NCBI RefSeq assembly: GCF_018350175.1
Contig: NC_058368.1
Span: 110,176,001-110,240,000 of the forward strand
DNA length: 64,000 nt
Direction of reading: 5' to 3'
Source: Felis catus
Taxonomy: Eukaryota
The translations under genes were made by a program, and so were the position numbers. Below the pieces are notes generated by a model. That model was not told the origin of the DNA. It did not search any database and saw only the letters and a list, made by a program, of their open reading frames with translations. This document shows, piece by piece, positions 49,150 to 62,732 of the stretch; the first letter of the stretch is position 1, and each line of letters opens with the position of its first letter.

Positions 49150-50080
49150 GGGGCTTCTTTTGCTGCCCACGTGCTGATGACTCCCAGATGTGTATCTTCA
49201 GCCCAGGACCCTCTGCTATATTCCCATCCCACCTGGCAAATAGCCCGCAGACTGCCTCCTCTCCCATAGCACACCCAATGTGGCACATGTGGACCAGGGC
49301 CCTGTAGCTCCCGCCCCCAAAGTCCTGGTCCTCCCCCAGGGTTCCGCACCTCAGCGTCCAGGGCCTCTACCCAGCCACAAAAGGCAGTGATCCAGGAAGC
49401 ATCCTTGATGCCTCTTTCTTTCTCACTTGCCATATACTACAAGTTATCATTGGTGATCAAAGTACTCCTTAAACACAGTAAAGAAATAGTAGCGGCCACC
49501 CATTTAACCTATTCCTACCACCATGCCATTCCAGATCACTGGCTGGGCCCTTCTAGGTTATTGTAGTAACTTCACTTCCCACAGCTCCATTCTTTATAGC
49601 AGAACAATCCTTCCTAACAAGTTACATCCCTGAGTGAAACCACTGATGGCTTACCACCACCCTTGGGATAAACCTAGCACACTTAATAGAGGCTCTGAGT
49701 GGTAGTGTCCCTGCCTACATATCCTGTGTCATCCTGTGCCACCCACTCAGCACTGTCTAAGCCACACTGGCTGCTCTCAGCTCCCCCCAGAGCTCCTGTC
49801 CTCATCCTTCTTCTCTTCCCCAGGCCTTCACTTAGACAACAACCCTTATTCCACTATCAGCAATTAGCCATCACGTTGCTTCCTCAGGGAAGCTTCCTGA
49901 TATCTAGACTAGGTCAGGTGCCCACAGGCTAGTGTTCTGCTCCATCATAGCTCTTACTATAGTTGTAATCAAATGATTATTGGTGTAATTATTTGTTTAA
50001 CGCTGACTCTTTGCCCTTGAATGAGCACACAATGAGGACAAGGTCTTTGTGGATGTAGTCATGGCTTTATCCTCATGATA
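49150..50080 (+). mobile_element. L2 remnants
   Basis: gatgactcccagatgtgtatcttcagcccagg; atccttgatgcctctttctttctcac; cttcctcagggaagcttcctga. Confidence 0.6.
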
Positions 50081-50142
50081 CCACATTGGTCTCTTCATGC
50101 AGAGATACAGTATATACATATATGATATGTGTGTGTGTGTAT

Positions 50143-50312
50143 GATTTATTTTGAGGGACGGGCAGAGAGAGAGGGAGAGAGAGAATCCCAAGCAAGCTCC
50201 ACACTGTCAGCACAGAGCCCAACGCAGGGCTCCAACTGATGAACCACATGCTCATGACCTGAGCAGAAACTAAGGGCTAAATGATTAACCGAATGAGGCA
50301 CCCAGGGGCCCC
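50143..50312 (-). mobile_element. Can-SINE (older) preceded by a (TA)/(TG) tract
   Basis: gagagaatcccaagcaagctccacactgtcagcacagagccc...cacccaggggcccc. Confidence 0.9.
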
Positions 50313-50329
50313 TAGAATATGTTTTTTAA

Positions 50330-50585
50330 AATAAGAATAAATGAAAAATGCAGTGTCAAATTTAAGAAATCAGCCTATGGAATAGAATGTACAGGAAAAT
50401 CCTGGTTTTGTGGAAACAACATAAATGTTTTAAGAGAAAAGACTAGGTATAAATCAGAATGATAACAAAGGCTGTCTCTGGGTGGTGGGATTACAAGTAA
50501 TTTTTGCCTTCCTCTCTACATATATTTATATATTCCATTTTTTAAAACAAAGGACATGTTTTGTTTTTATAATCAGAAAAAAAAA
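50330..50585 (+). mobile_element. Ancient L1ME-like 3' end
   Basis: gctgtctctgggtggtgggattacaagtaattttt...tttttataatcagaaaaaaa. Confidence 0.55.
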
Positions 50586-52382
50586 CCCATGAATGTTACT
50601 GTTTTTAAATATAATGACACAGCAGAAGGGGCATCTTGTCTGAAGTTAAAGAACAGAGGAGGGTCCTGCCTTTTTCCTCCTGGCCGGGGGTCAGCAGGCC
50701 GGCGAATCAGTGAATGCCCTCAGAGCCCACCTTTGGCAAGCAGGTTCTCAAAGGCCAATCTCTGTGTCCCAGAAGGCACCTGCCCCAGTAAGGATCGAAG
50801 ACAAGATATCCTTCCTGAGGTCAGATGAGCACAAAGGACTAACGGTAAGAGAAGACATGCCCATCTCTGCAGTTCCTTTTTAATCAAAGCCCAGGGGGAG
50901 ATTCCTGGCCATTAAGCAGGATTTTTATTTCTATTGGGATGAAGGTATTTTAAAGTGAATTTTGAAAAGAGGGGATGCACTCCCTATAGCTGCCGATTTT
51001 TTTTACGAGTGAATGAAAAACTGCAACTCTAACATCTATGTGATAAATTAAGGTTCCTACCAGCAGATGAAGCAATGGAGGGTTGTTTATAACGTTAATA
51101 CTCCCGAGGCCTGAAATCACAGCATCAGGGCTGCATATCAACGTCTGGCAGAAACAAATCAGGTGCAAGATAAAATCCAATAAACTACATCTCTCCTCGA
51201 TCCCCATCAAAAATACCCATCCCACTTGCTTGGAAATACATTCTTCAAGTAGGTTCATTTAAGACAAGACAACTACAGGATCCCAAATGGTGAGCAAAGG
51301 GCTGCCTGCCAATTCCAACAAGATGGGGGTCTCCCTGGAGCTGAGGGAGGGTCTTTCACTTCAGGAAGTCCCCATGGAATGAAAGATCATCAAAGCTGTC
51401 ACCGAAGCCCACCTCTTAGAGAAAATACTGACAATTATTTTACCAAAAATAAAAGCTGTGTCAATGCATTTGACTTCCTGGGGATTTGTGACATGGCAGA
51501 AATAGGCTTATACCTAGTCACAAAGTTTGTCCCAGATGTAACTACGACTCTAGCTAACATAAGAGTCTTTTGAGGCCAAAGATGAGAGATGTACTTGACA
51601 AGCTGCTGACCCTGAGCCAGGGTAAAAGCAAAGACACAGAAGGGTAACAGAGAACCAGTATTAGCTGCCTACGCAGAGGCGCAGAGGAGGTGATCCCATC
51701 AACGTGTCACCCTGAGAAGTCGATGGCTCAGCTCTGGAAGAACAAAAGAAGGGACAGATAAGAGGTGATGAGCAGAGGAGGGAAAGAAGTAAGGCTGAAA
51801 GCTCAACTGGGTGGGCAAGAGGGATGGAGGACAAGAATGAAAATTCTAGTTTCTGATTTGCCACTTACTGTGATAGTTATGTAACTACTCCTCACTCAGG
51901 CTGCTTCCTCACTTGCCCCACCTTGCTGTGAGAGTAGACATGACAGAAATATCCATGGACTTGAGAGTGGGGATGGGCACAGAGGTGAAAATTGAAATCA
52001 CCTCTGTTCCCGGGACTCAAAACAGTACCTGGCACACAAGTGGTCATTCAATAAACATTTGTTAGATACATGTTTGCTGGAGGAATAGCAGTCTGAATAA
52101 ATAAACAGCAAGCATTTCTGCAAGGCTCATCTGATATAAATTAGGCTGGGCCTTCAAAAAGCGGGTGATATGAAAATTCGTTTTGTTTTGTTTGGATAAG
52201 AATGAGCGAGGCAGCATGTGGCACCAGCTCTTTACAGTTTTCCCAACCAGGCTGCAAAGAGCTGGGGCCCATGAGGTCATCCCTGCAGGTCAACCAGAAG
52301 GCTGCTTTGGAATTAGCTCAGAAGCTGCCTTCACCAGTTCAATGATCCAAGGCCCTCTTTTGACAGTAACTACAACACATGT

Positions 52383-52582
52383 GGGGCATCTGGGTGGCTC
52401 AGTCGGTTAAGTGTCTGATTTCAGCTCAGATCATGGTCTTGTGGTTCATGAGACTGAGCAAGCTCCCTGCTGCCCACACAGACACCACTTCAGATCCCCT
52501 GTCACCCTCTCTCTCTTCATCTCCTCTGCTTGCGTTCTCTCTCTCTCAAAAATAAATAAACATTAAAAAAAAAAAGTAAGTA
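52383..52582 (+). mobile_element. Can-SINE
   Basis: 17-bp TSD agtaactacaacacatg at 52365-52381 and 52583-52599. Confidence 0.95.
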
Positions 52583-53489
52583 AGTAACTACAACACATGA
52601 GAACAAAAGATCTGGCAATGATTTCCAAAATGCGTGCATGAGCCTCCTTCAAACCATGGCCAAGCTGCTCCCTGCAGTGGTGGGGGAGCCCTCCTCCCGC
52701 AGTTATGCCCATGGCCACAGGGCTGCCCACCTCGCAAACATCATCTCCCTGAGCTTCTGGATTCTTCTGGGACAAAGCCCTCTCTTCCTTACCACACACA
52801 GCAAAGACTTGGCCAACCTTCTCATTGCCTCATTTCCATGTTCTGTTCAGATTTTTACTTTTCCTAATTTCTTTATCAGAGAGGAGGCTTTGCCATCCCA
52901 GTGCCTGCCTCCTCTTCACTCATTAGAGCCAGCACCCTAAATACCCGTACAGAGAAGTGAATCACTCAGCAGGTACCAATTTATCCCAAGAAAACCTTTT
53001 AAGGGGCTGGGACCACCAAGGGCTCCCTCTTGCTATTCAAATGGTTATTGCTCTCAGCCTAGGAACATGGCTATTGGAGCTTTCACTTGTGTTCTTCTGG
53101 AAATGATTCATTTTATAACAACAGAGTCCTTCAGCGAAGGACTGCAATAGCATCTGGGTTGCTAAACACACTGAGTGTTTCATTACGGATAATGGGCCTA
53201 ATACAATAACATATGTAAGCAACCAGAAAAAAGAAAAGACACAAAGACAGCTGTGAAACAGCACCATGTGCCAGCCCTTCTTCTCCTGCTGCCCTGGGCA
53301 GTGCCCACTGGCTGAGCGCCTTGACCTTGCAGCACCCCGGGCGTGCTCTGACCCCTGGCGTGGACCTCAGAGACTATGCACATGTTGAAAGCCTACATGG
53401 CTCTGGGGACAGATGTCTGGCACAAGTCCCGGATGTCACGATTCATACATGGAGGGCAGGCAAAACATCTGATCCACTCACCCATATTT

Positions 53490-53722
53490 AATAATGGTAG
53501 CTAATATCTGAATGCCCACTGAATGCCAGGCCCTGCACCAAAATATTTATATATCTTATGTCCTTTAGTTTTGACAATAACCCTATGAGGCAGGCACCAA
53601 TACTAGCCCCATTTCACAGCTGGAGGAATTGAGGTTCAGTGTCTAAGGTCACAGAGGTATTAAGTGTCCTGGCCAGGCTATGGAGCCTAGTTTGTCTGAC
53701 ACCCAGTGCTGGGCTCCTAACC
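53490..53722 (-). mobile_element. MIR
   Basis: gacaataaccctatgaggcaggc...cccatttcacagctggaggaattgagg...ctaaggtcacagagg. Confidence 0.75.
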
Positions 53723-54959
53723 AATAAGCTAGAGCCTATAACAACATCCCATATACAATGGTTCTCTACAAAACAACCTGTAGGCATCATATATTGACAA
53801 AAGCCACTGACCCCAAAAGATCAGGTGGTAAGTCAAATGAGATTATGCCCACCTGTGTATAAAAAATTAACATTCAAGCCCCAACGATTGTGCATAATAT
53901 TCCTAGGTTGGGTTACAAGCTCTGGTTGCCCAGGTGGTAGCTTCCTGCCAGCTGCCCATGATTAATTTATGATTCCAGGGTTTATTATTGTATCTACCCA
54001 GCAAATGTCCCCAGCCATTCCCTAGAACAGGCCATACAGGCTTTCAGCAAGATCAATTTTCCCAGCAGAAGGAAAAACCACAGACTCAGCTCCCTACCCA
54101 GATTTTATCTCTTGTTCTGAGAGAAGTAGGGGAAAAAAAAAAACAAAACATTTTAAAGGCAAACAGGAACAGAATTTAGTGTGTGTGTTACTGAGGGTGC
54201 TGTTTTTGTTCAGTCCTAGGGAAACCTTTCTGGAATGTGGGAAGCTCTGTGCTCTGTCTTCCTGTTTCTGCTGGTGACTCACAGAACTGATCGAAGAGCA
54301 GTAAACCAAACCTGCATCCCATTATATCAGGCTTCTGACACACATCTCTTCTGGCCTTGGGATCCATCTGTGAAATGGGAACAGGAACACCAGCTATCCG
54401 TGCAAGAAGGTTTCTATATAGCTCTTGGGTGGTGCCCTTTGTAGGAGTCATTCTTACAATGCCTCTGTAGCAACTGGTACTTCTATTGCTTGGTAAACCC
54501 TCAGGTTCATCTCTAGGAGGTTTTGTAAACTCAGTTAAGTAGGCCTGGGATGTAATCCCTGAGTTCCATCAAGGTCAGAGAGAGTGATGTCAAGGACATC
54601 ACAACCACAGCCAAGCCCACTGAGGGCCTCTGGACAGCCGACGACCTAGGGTGGCATCCCTCGGCAGCACAGGTGGTCTACAATGGGCCTGCAAGCCTGA
54701 CAGAGGACATGATCAGAAGCCTGAGATATCCAGCATCAGTCACTGATGAAGCCACATGTGATTTTTTTCTTTCCAACCAAATCCTTAAGAACAAGAATGT
54801 AGATGATTGCATACTATGCCACAGCCCCCGCCCTCCTAGAGGCTGCCTCAATTACACCAATCCTGTCACTCACTATTCTCAGTACACTCACAGCCTCTTC
54901 TAAGGAAAACTGTCTCAACCAAAGACCCAGCTAAAAGGGTACCTCTAGGCACCCATGCT

Positions 54960-55480
54960 TTGTATGCCATGACTTCCCTTGACCACAGCTAATTGGATCC
55001 AGGAGCACATATGACCCAAAGGCAGCAAATCCAAAGACTCTTCAGTGATATACTCAAGAAGTGAACGGGATCAATTGGATTTTCTATTTTAGGAATGCAT
55101 AACTGAGAAAAATACCAAGTGCATGATGCAGTTTGACCCAGATCTGAGACTTAAAGGAAGCATCAGGACAGGTCTTGAGGGAGCCTGGGGAAGCAGAAGG
55201 GTAGAGTAGACCTCAGTTGTGAGGACAAAGGAGCCGTGAGACACAGAAAAGATACAGGGCAGTAGGGGACATACATAGCAAGAGGATACAGCAGGAGAAG
55301 TGGAGGTGGAGTCCTGCTGCACAGGTCCCAGGAGCCAAGCATTCCTGGTGCAGCTCCAGTTTCTGGGTCTCCACTAAGCTCAGAGTTTTTAGCATTCTGC
55401 AAGATCCTTGCCTCCTTCTCCCCTCATATAACCTCACAGCAAAATCATTCTTCAAGCTTAACTAAGAAAGACCCTGATCT
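54960..55480. mobile_element. Old MaLR (MLT1J-L-like) LTR remnant
   Basis: cttgaccacagctaattggatccaggagcacatatgacccaaag motif; family and boundaries uncertain. Confidence 0.4.
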
Positions 55481-57643
55481 TAGAGCCAGGATGCCCACAA
55501 GACCAGCTATGAAGTCCTACACCTGGCAGGGGTGCTAATAGCTCCTCTGAAGTCCCAAGCCCAAGATGCTTGCTTTGCCCCATCAAGGGCTCACCCTTGT
55601 CTGGATGCCACAGGCTTCTTACCTGTGTGTCCCCCTCAGCTCTGTCTCTGTCATACACAGTCAACACATAGCCAACACTCACCTCTGACCACACAGACTT
55701 CCCCCAGCTCATAGGTCTCCATTCCAGGCATCCCCTAAACACTGCAGATTGGCAAATGACATTGGTAGTGAACAATCACCTATGAAGAAAGACCTGTGGT
55801 CTTCCTAAGAAGATTTGGATCTCAAATAGATTGGAGATGTGGAATTTGAAATGAGCGACTATCCAGAATTTTTTTTCTATTGATTTTTTTAACAGAGAGA
55901 TCGGACACAAAATAACAGGGGTGCTTCTTCCAAGAGTTTTACACATTAGACTTTTATAGTACATATCATCCCACTATATTTTTACATATCCAGAACAACA
56001 CTTTAGGCAACACGCATGTGCTTTTTAATCCCTTTTTACTCTGTATCATAAATAATGTATTATGTGCTGTAAAAAGATAAATATGTACATTTACATATAT
56101 GTATATACTTAGGTACCTTTATACTCAGAAATAAAACCAATGTGTTTTGCATAGAATGCCGCAACAACCTTAGTTACCAACAGAGAGGTAGGACTGGATT
56201 GAAGAAGCGATACCTAGGAACTGGATCATATTTTCCACAACCTCACAGATCCGCTTCACAGAGCTGTACCTTCTGCTAATCCTATTTTGTACTGGGCATT
56301 TTACTTTGATGACGCCTAATCCTACACTTTAAGCACACGCGCACACACACATATATATGTACACACTCACATCATATATATTCTAAACAGGGCAAAACTG
56401 TTACTCTCCACAAAGAAACATCATTTATTCATTATTCTACGGCACAGAGGTTACTGCATCCTTTGGTCAGAGAGAACGCTGCTTACTGTGAATGTAAGCA
56501 GTGACACCACGAATTCACCTAGACACAGGGGGTGGGGGCAGAGACCCCAGCAGCAGTACCCTCTGTGACTACAGTTTGTCCCTCCCCCATCCACATGGGT
56601 GCCACCCATCCAGATGGATGCCATGCTCTACATGGCAGAGAAGCGCCCAGCAGGGCTAGAAGATACACTTGGTGCTGAGTTCTTCCTATAACCTGCTGGT
56701 GAGATTGGGTTCTAATGCACCTGTCTCCAGCCACACACCTAGACAGCCAACAAGGATAAGGACATCTAAGTGCTCTATTAGCAAACAATGAATGAGAATG
56801 CACTGCTCCTCTTTCAGGGATGAGTGAAAGACTGAAACCCAACAGGAGGCCTGGGGCACAGGAGTGGAGGTGGGTAGAGGGATGTAATCGGCACCTCAAG
56901 GGAGTATCATCCTTAAGAGTCACATCTGAAAATGATCTATTTTAGGATTTAGAAGAAAATTTAACAAAATGTATGCTTCTCAATAACACTCAAGAAGTCA
57001 TGGTTTCTGAAAGAAAGCAGAAATCCACAGAGCAGAAGAATAGATAAAAAGACAAGAGAACAAATTAAAAACACAATAGAAGAGGATGAAGGGACTATGT
57101 GAGGATATCATAAGCGGGGTGGCTTAGAAAAGGGGGGATTTTAAGAAGCAGAGAATGAATCTGCACAATTAACACCCACATAGGAGCCAGTGAAGAGCAG
57201 AACTGAAATGGTACGGAACTCAATCAGGGAAACGGAAAACAAACTTTAGATGCTTTCCCAAAGCACAGAGAAGAAAGAAAACAGAGGTGGAGGGCAGGCG
57301 AGGAATAGCTCATCCACACAGATAATTTCAGAAGGCAAAACAACACAGTTGAGGAAAATTTTCCTTAAGACCCAAGCATAGATTAGAAGTGTTCATCAGG
57401 TTCCAGAAGACAAAAATAAGCAATATATGCCTACGCAAAGAAAACATTTGAGTAACAAACAGGAGTACAAGTGGTTCTAGTGTTGCAGCAAGAAAACAAA
57501 AGAAGAGGAACACAGATTTTCTGCAAGGAAATAAAATCAGGCCTCCTTCAGGCTTTTATTCTAGAACACAAAATACTGGAAGATGGGATACAGCAATGTC
57601 TATATAGTTGTAAGAGAAAATAAGTTAAGAAATACAGCTGGGG

Positions 57644-57864
57644 GGGGCGCCTGGGTGGCTCAATCGGGTAAGCGGCCGACTTCACCTCAGGTCATGATCT
57701 CACGGTCTGTGAGTTCGAGCCCCGCATCGGGCTCTGTGCTGACAGCTCAGAGCCTGGAGCCTGTTTCAGATTCTTTGTCTCCCTCTCTCTGACCCTCCCC
57801 CATTCATGCTCTGTCTCTCTCTGTCCCAAAAATAAATAAACGTTAAAAAAAATTAAAAAAAAAA
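57644..57864 (+). mobile_element. Can-SINE (SINEC_Fc)
   Basis: TSD aagaaatacagctgg / aagaaatacatctgg. Confidence 0.96.
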
Positions 57865-58387
57865 AAGAAATACATCTGGGAAAGTTGTGTTTCATGTACA
57901 AAATGATTATACTCTTGGATATGTAACATATCAGACAATATGACACTCACATACCCTTCATTCAAAAGCAGTGTTTGAAAATGTAATATTAATACAATCA
58001 ACCCCAGAGAAGATTTCTTGAAACTATAAAAGAATCCTCAATAAGCCAGACCACTAAATAAATAATAGATAAATCTAAATAAATGCTATTATGTTGGTTG
58101 ATAGGCTGAAAAACTGTCAACTTTTTTTGTTTTAAGGAAAGACTCAAAAATTTGTAAAAACTGATTTGGCTCCAAATCCCTAATAATAGTAAGGATTAAA
58201 AAGCAGTAGAGGACTGGAGAGAAAAAGTAGAAATGGAAAGGAGGTTAAAAATTCATTAAAATGAATTAATACTCAAATTCAAAAGACATTGTTTCAATGG
58301 ACTTCAGAATGAGAGGAAGATCGATTTAAAGTGCCTTAAAAAATTTTAAGGTTGCCTGTAGGAGATTTAACAACAGGGAACTTAACT

Positions 58388-59130
58388 GTTGTGGAGAAAA
58401 GGGAACCCCTGTGCACCGTTGGTAGGAACGTAAATGGGTATAGTCACTGTGGAAAACGGTATGGAGCTTCCTTAGAAAATTAAAAATAGAGCTACCTTGT
58501 GATCCCACAATTCCATTTCTGGGTATATCTCCAAAGGAATTGAAATCAGGATCTCATAGAGATATCTGTACTTAACTACGTTCATTACAGTGTTATTCAC
58601 AACAGCCAAGATATGGAAATAACCTAAGTATCCATCAAGGGATAAAGAAGACGTGGCATATGTACCCGATGGAATACTTTTCAGTCATGAGAAAAGGAAA
58701 TTCTGCCATTTGCAACAACTTGGAGAAATCTTGAGGACATTATGCTAAGTGATCTAAGTCAGACAAAGAAAGGCAAATGCGGTATGATATAACTTATATA
58801 TGGGATCTTAGCCCAACTCAGAGAAACAGAGTAGAGTGATAGTTATCAGGGACAGGAAATGAGGGTGGGGGGGCGGGGGGAATAGGGAGATGATGATCAA
58901 AGGGTACAAACTTCTAGTTAGAAGATTAACAAGTTCGAGTGATCATTAATGTACAACACAGTGATGACAGTTAATATTGTATCATATAACTGAAAGTTGC
59001 TAAGAGAGATCTTAAATGTTCTCGTCACACAAAAGAAAAGGCAACTGTATATAATGAGATAGAGGTGTTCGCTAATACTACACTGATAATCATTTCATAA
59101 TATGTAAATGTATCGAATCAACACATTTAA
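58388..59130 (+). mobile_element. L1 3' end (L1MA-like, ORF2 C-terminus plus 3' UTR)
   Basis: gtggagaaaagggaacccctgtgcaccgttggtagg...ttaaaaatagagctacc...gggtacaaacttctagttagaagattaacaagttc. Confidence 0.88.
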
Positions 59131-59271
59131 AGTGTAAAGTAGGAATATGGTGCTTGCTTTATGTGATAAATACTATCTACCTCAAAATAAAAAACAGTAT
59201 TATTTTTAACCATGACTCACCAAGTAAGGGGCGCTACTTTTACTTTTAGCATTAAGACAAAGATGCTCACA

Positions 59272-59491
59272 GGGGCGCCTAGGTGGCTCAGTCGGTTGAG
59301 CATCCAACTTCGCTCAGGTCACGATCTCACGGTCCGTGAGTTCGAGCCCCGCATCAGGCTCTGTGCTGACAGCTCAGAGCCTGGAGCCTGCTTCAGATTC
59401 TGTGTCTCCCTCTCTCTGACCCTCCCCCGTTCATGCTCTGTCTCTCTCTGTCTCAAAAATAAATAAATGTTAAAAAAAATTAAAAAAAAAA
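59272..59491 (+). mobile_element. Young Can-SINE (SINEC_Fc)
   Basis: Perfect 18-bp TSD aagacaaagatgctcaca at 59254-59271 and 59492-59509. Confidence 0.97.
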
Positions 59492-60737
59492 AAGACAAAG
59501 ATGCTCACATATTGTATACCATGACTTTGTTTTCTGTAAAGTCCAGTCATTGCAATTAGACAAGAAAACAAAATGGCAGTCAAAATACATCAGAGGGAGA
59601 GAAAAAGAATCCTCTCTTCTGGACAAAATCCACAACTTACAAAATTACTCTTAGAATTTATTAAGGACTCAGTAAGGCAACTGACTAAAACATAAAGTAA
59701 CAGAAGAGCAGATCAAATGGCAAAAAAAAAAATAAAAATCCGGTTTACGACAGCAAACCCAAAATATAACATGTCTATGAAACATACAAAACACATACGA
59801 AGAACATTACAAGTCTATTGAGAAAAATAGGATACTTGACTGAATGGAGGGACCCTATGTCTCTGAATGGAAACATTCAAGATTGTAAAAATGTCAATCT
59901 TCTCTCTCCATAACCTCTAACAACACAATTCCAGTAAATGTCTAACAGGGGTTCTTTTCGGAATATAACAAATACTATTCAAACTCATGCAAAAAAACAA
60001 TTTTCCAGAAAATATTTGGGAAAGGCAGTATGGGGTATTGACTTATCCTACATGAAAATCTGTGGTAGAGCGAGGGGGGCAGTGCGGCGCACAAGGGGGA
60101 ACAGACAGATCAAAACAAGAGGAGAAAGCCATGAAGAAATGCGTGCAAATGATAAAGGTGCTGTTTCAAAGCAAAGAAGAAAGGATATGTCATTCAATTT
60201 ATGGTGTTGGGACAACAAGTTAACCACATGGGAGATAATTAAATTAGATCTCTGCCTTACAGCACACATTACATTCTCAACAAACTAAAAAATGTAACAA
60301 CTGATACCGTAAGAGTATGAGAAGAAAGTATAGATAAATATTTATATCATTCTTGGTTTGGAAAGAACTTTCTAAGCCCACAAGATACTAAAAAGAAAAA
60401 AAAATGGAAGAATTTGCCTACATAAGCATGGAAAAAACCTTCTGTATGTTAAGCTTATCACAAAATTAATAGGCCAATGACAAATTGGGGAAACATCTGC
60501 AAAATCTATGCTGAAAAGTGAATGTCTTTAATATACTAAATTGTTACTTTACACATCAGTGAGAAAAAGATGAGATACACCAACAGAAAAAAAGTAAAAG
60601 GAACAGTCATGCCATGCAGAAATCAATACGAGGGCCCAACAAACAGACAAAAACTTGTTTATCATCACTGATGATCAAAGTAAGGCACATTAATACAGGG
60701 AAATACCATTTCAGAATATAACATTAGCAAAGATTTT

Positions 60738-60953
60738 TTTTTAATTTTTTTTTAACATTATTCATTTTTGAGACAGAGAGAGACACAGCATGAACGGGGG
60801 AGGGCCAGAGAGAGGGAGACACAGAATCTGAAACAGGCTCCAGGTTCTGAGCTGTCAGCACAGAGCCCGACGCGGGGCTCGAACTCACGGACCACGAGCT
60901 CATGACCTGAGCCGAAGTCGGCCGCTTAACCGACTGAGCCACCCAGGTGCCCC
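60738..60953 (-). mobile_element. Young Can-SINE (SINEC_Fc)
   Basis: CpG-rich reverse copy; TSD aacattagcaaagatttt on both sides (starting 60720 and 60954). Confidence 0.97.
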
Positions 60954-62672
60954 AACATTAGCAAAGATTTTAAGGACTATTAACATCCAGCAAAGGACTA
61001 GTGAGGAGAAAATGGCATCATCTTGAATTTCTAGTAGAGATGTGAATCAAAATAACCTTTCAAAATGGCAGCTTGACACTACGTCTCTAAAGATCTAAAA
61101 CTCTGGATACGTTCTCCAAATCCCAACAATTTCCCTACTCAAACTTGATGTTAAGAAAGGGATTAGGAGTATGTATTTGAGGCCATGAGTACAAACGTAC
61201 GAAAAGCTTGTTACTTTTATGTGTGTGTAAGGAAAAAAACCTAGATGGGACATACGTGCAAATAGTAATGCTGTTTAATGCCTGCATGGTAGTTGAAAGA
61301 TATTTTTTGTGCATTTTGTTGTGTTTTCAAAATTGACTAAAATACACATATGTCAGTCTGGAAACTGAAAACAAATGAAAAAGCTCTCTCAAAACCTCAA
61401 TACCAAGGCTATTACTCCCTGGCCACTACAGCACGGAACAAAATTAACAATAATCTTTGTATGTGGTTAGTCCTCGTAGTCTTTCATCACGCCGGCCAGA
61501 GAATAAAGACTATAGTCGGCACCACGTTACAGATCAAAGTGCCGAGACCCAGAAAGAAGAAAAAACTTTTGAGAAACCAAGTTCTGGGTTCCAGGGCTTA
61601 CTTGTCCCATGGGTACCAGGGTCCTCCAAGCAAAGATGGGGTGTCCCTGTCACCTCTAACTCCTCGTGGTGTTCTATCGCTTGTCCTGTCAATGTTCTTT
61701 ACAGCACTTTCTAAAAAGTGTTTCCCTTCTATGAGCCAGGACATGCCCACTGCTCCCTGCACACACGATGACTAAGGGGCCAGGGACAGCTGCCCACAGA
61801 GCTGGGTGCCACATGGATGTGCAAGCCCTGAGTGAGGGGCCCATGCCCCGTCTGTTCCTACTCCAGCACCCAGCACTTGGCACACGCAAGGTGCTTCCCT
61901 GGCCTCAAAAAGTGTGTGCTGGGCAGTGCCACCACCACCAAGGGGCATGTTTCTTGCAGTCTGCTCTCCCCAAAGCGGCAATGCCAAGGAGAGCTCCGAC
62001 AGCCACCAGCCATTCTGAGACGGCGGATGCATGCCTTTCAGAGAAGGGCAATAGCGGTAACAATGTTGCCTGTGCCCCTCCGGCGTTTTTCCTGCATTAA
62101 CTGGCTGTACTTTTCCAACCAGATATTACCCCTCCTTCCGCAGCAAGTTGCCTTTCATAGAGAATTTTGTTGTTTAGCAAGAATCATTTCTGTTCTAACA
62201 GGCGCAGTCGGGAACAAGAATTCAAAATAAGTCATCTTTAAGATCTTCTAATCAGAAGGAGAGGGCACCAGGCCTTCGACCCCATAAGTCACATGCAACC
62301 ATTCTGGGTCTAATTACAATACTCAAGCAGGAGATGTAGGTGTTAGCCCCAGCAAGGAGAGCTACAGATGATTGAGAGTAAATTTTGTATAGGAAAAAAT
62401 TACATGAAATTACTTGTGATAAACAAGCAGCTAAATTAGACTGTGGGCACCACTGTGTTAAAAAAGTAGCAATATAAAACAGATGCACATGAAAAGAACC
62501 TGAAAGGAAATAAACCAAAGTGGCAACAGGGAATAGGTTTCCAGATTTCTTTTCTCAATTTTTCTTCTCCTCTTTCTCTTACTCTTTTCCTTTTCCTCTT
62601 CCCTCTTCCTCACTCTCTCCTTCCTTCTTCTTTTTTTCCCTTTACAATGTGGTTGAATTACTTAGGTACATA

Positions 62673-62732
62673 AAAACAAAACAAAACAAAACAAAACAAA
62701 ACAAAACAAAACAAAACAAAACAAAACAAAAC
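62673..62732. repeat. (AAAAC)12 pentanucleotide microsatellite
   Basis: Perfect tandem AAAAC units. Confidence 0.97.

Larger units (their letters stand above)
56990..61330 (+). mobile_element. Ancient fragmented L1M (ORF1/ORF2 remnants) hosting several younger insertions
   Basis: A-rich; L1-like segments such as gattgtaaaaatgtcaatctt, ttcaatttatggtgttgggacaac (reading FNLWCWDN, cf. ORF2 FNKWCWEN) and gaaaccatttc-type motifs. Confidence 0.7.

Noticed and set aside
58862..58888. G-run cluster (potential G4)
   Set aside because: Ordinary G-rich tract of the L1 3' UTR
59938..60288. 116-aa ORF
   Set aside because: Decayed L1 ORF2 remnant
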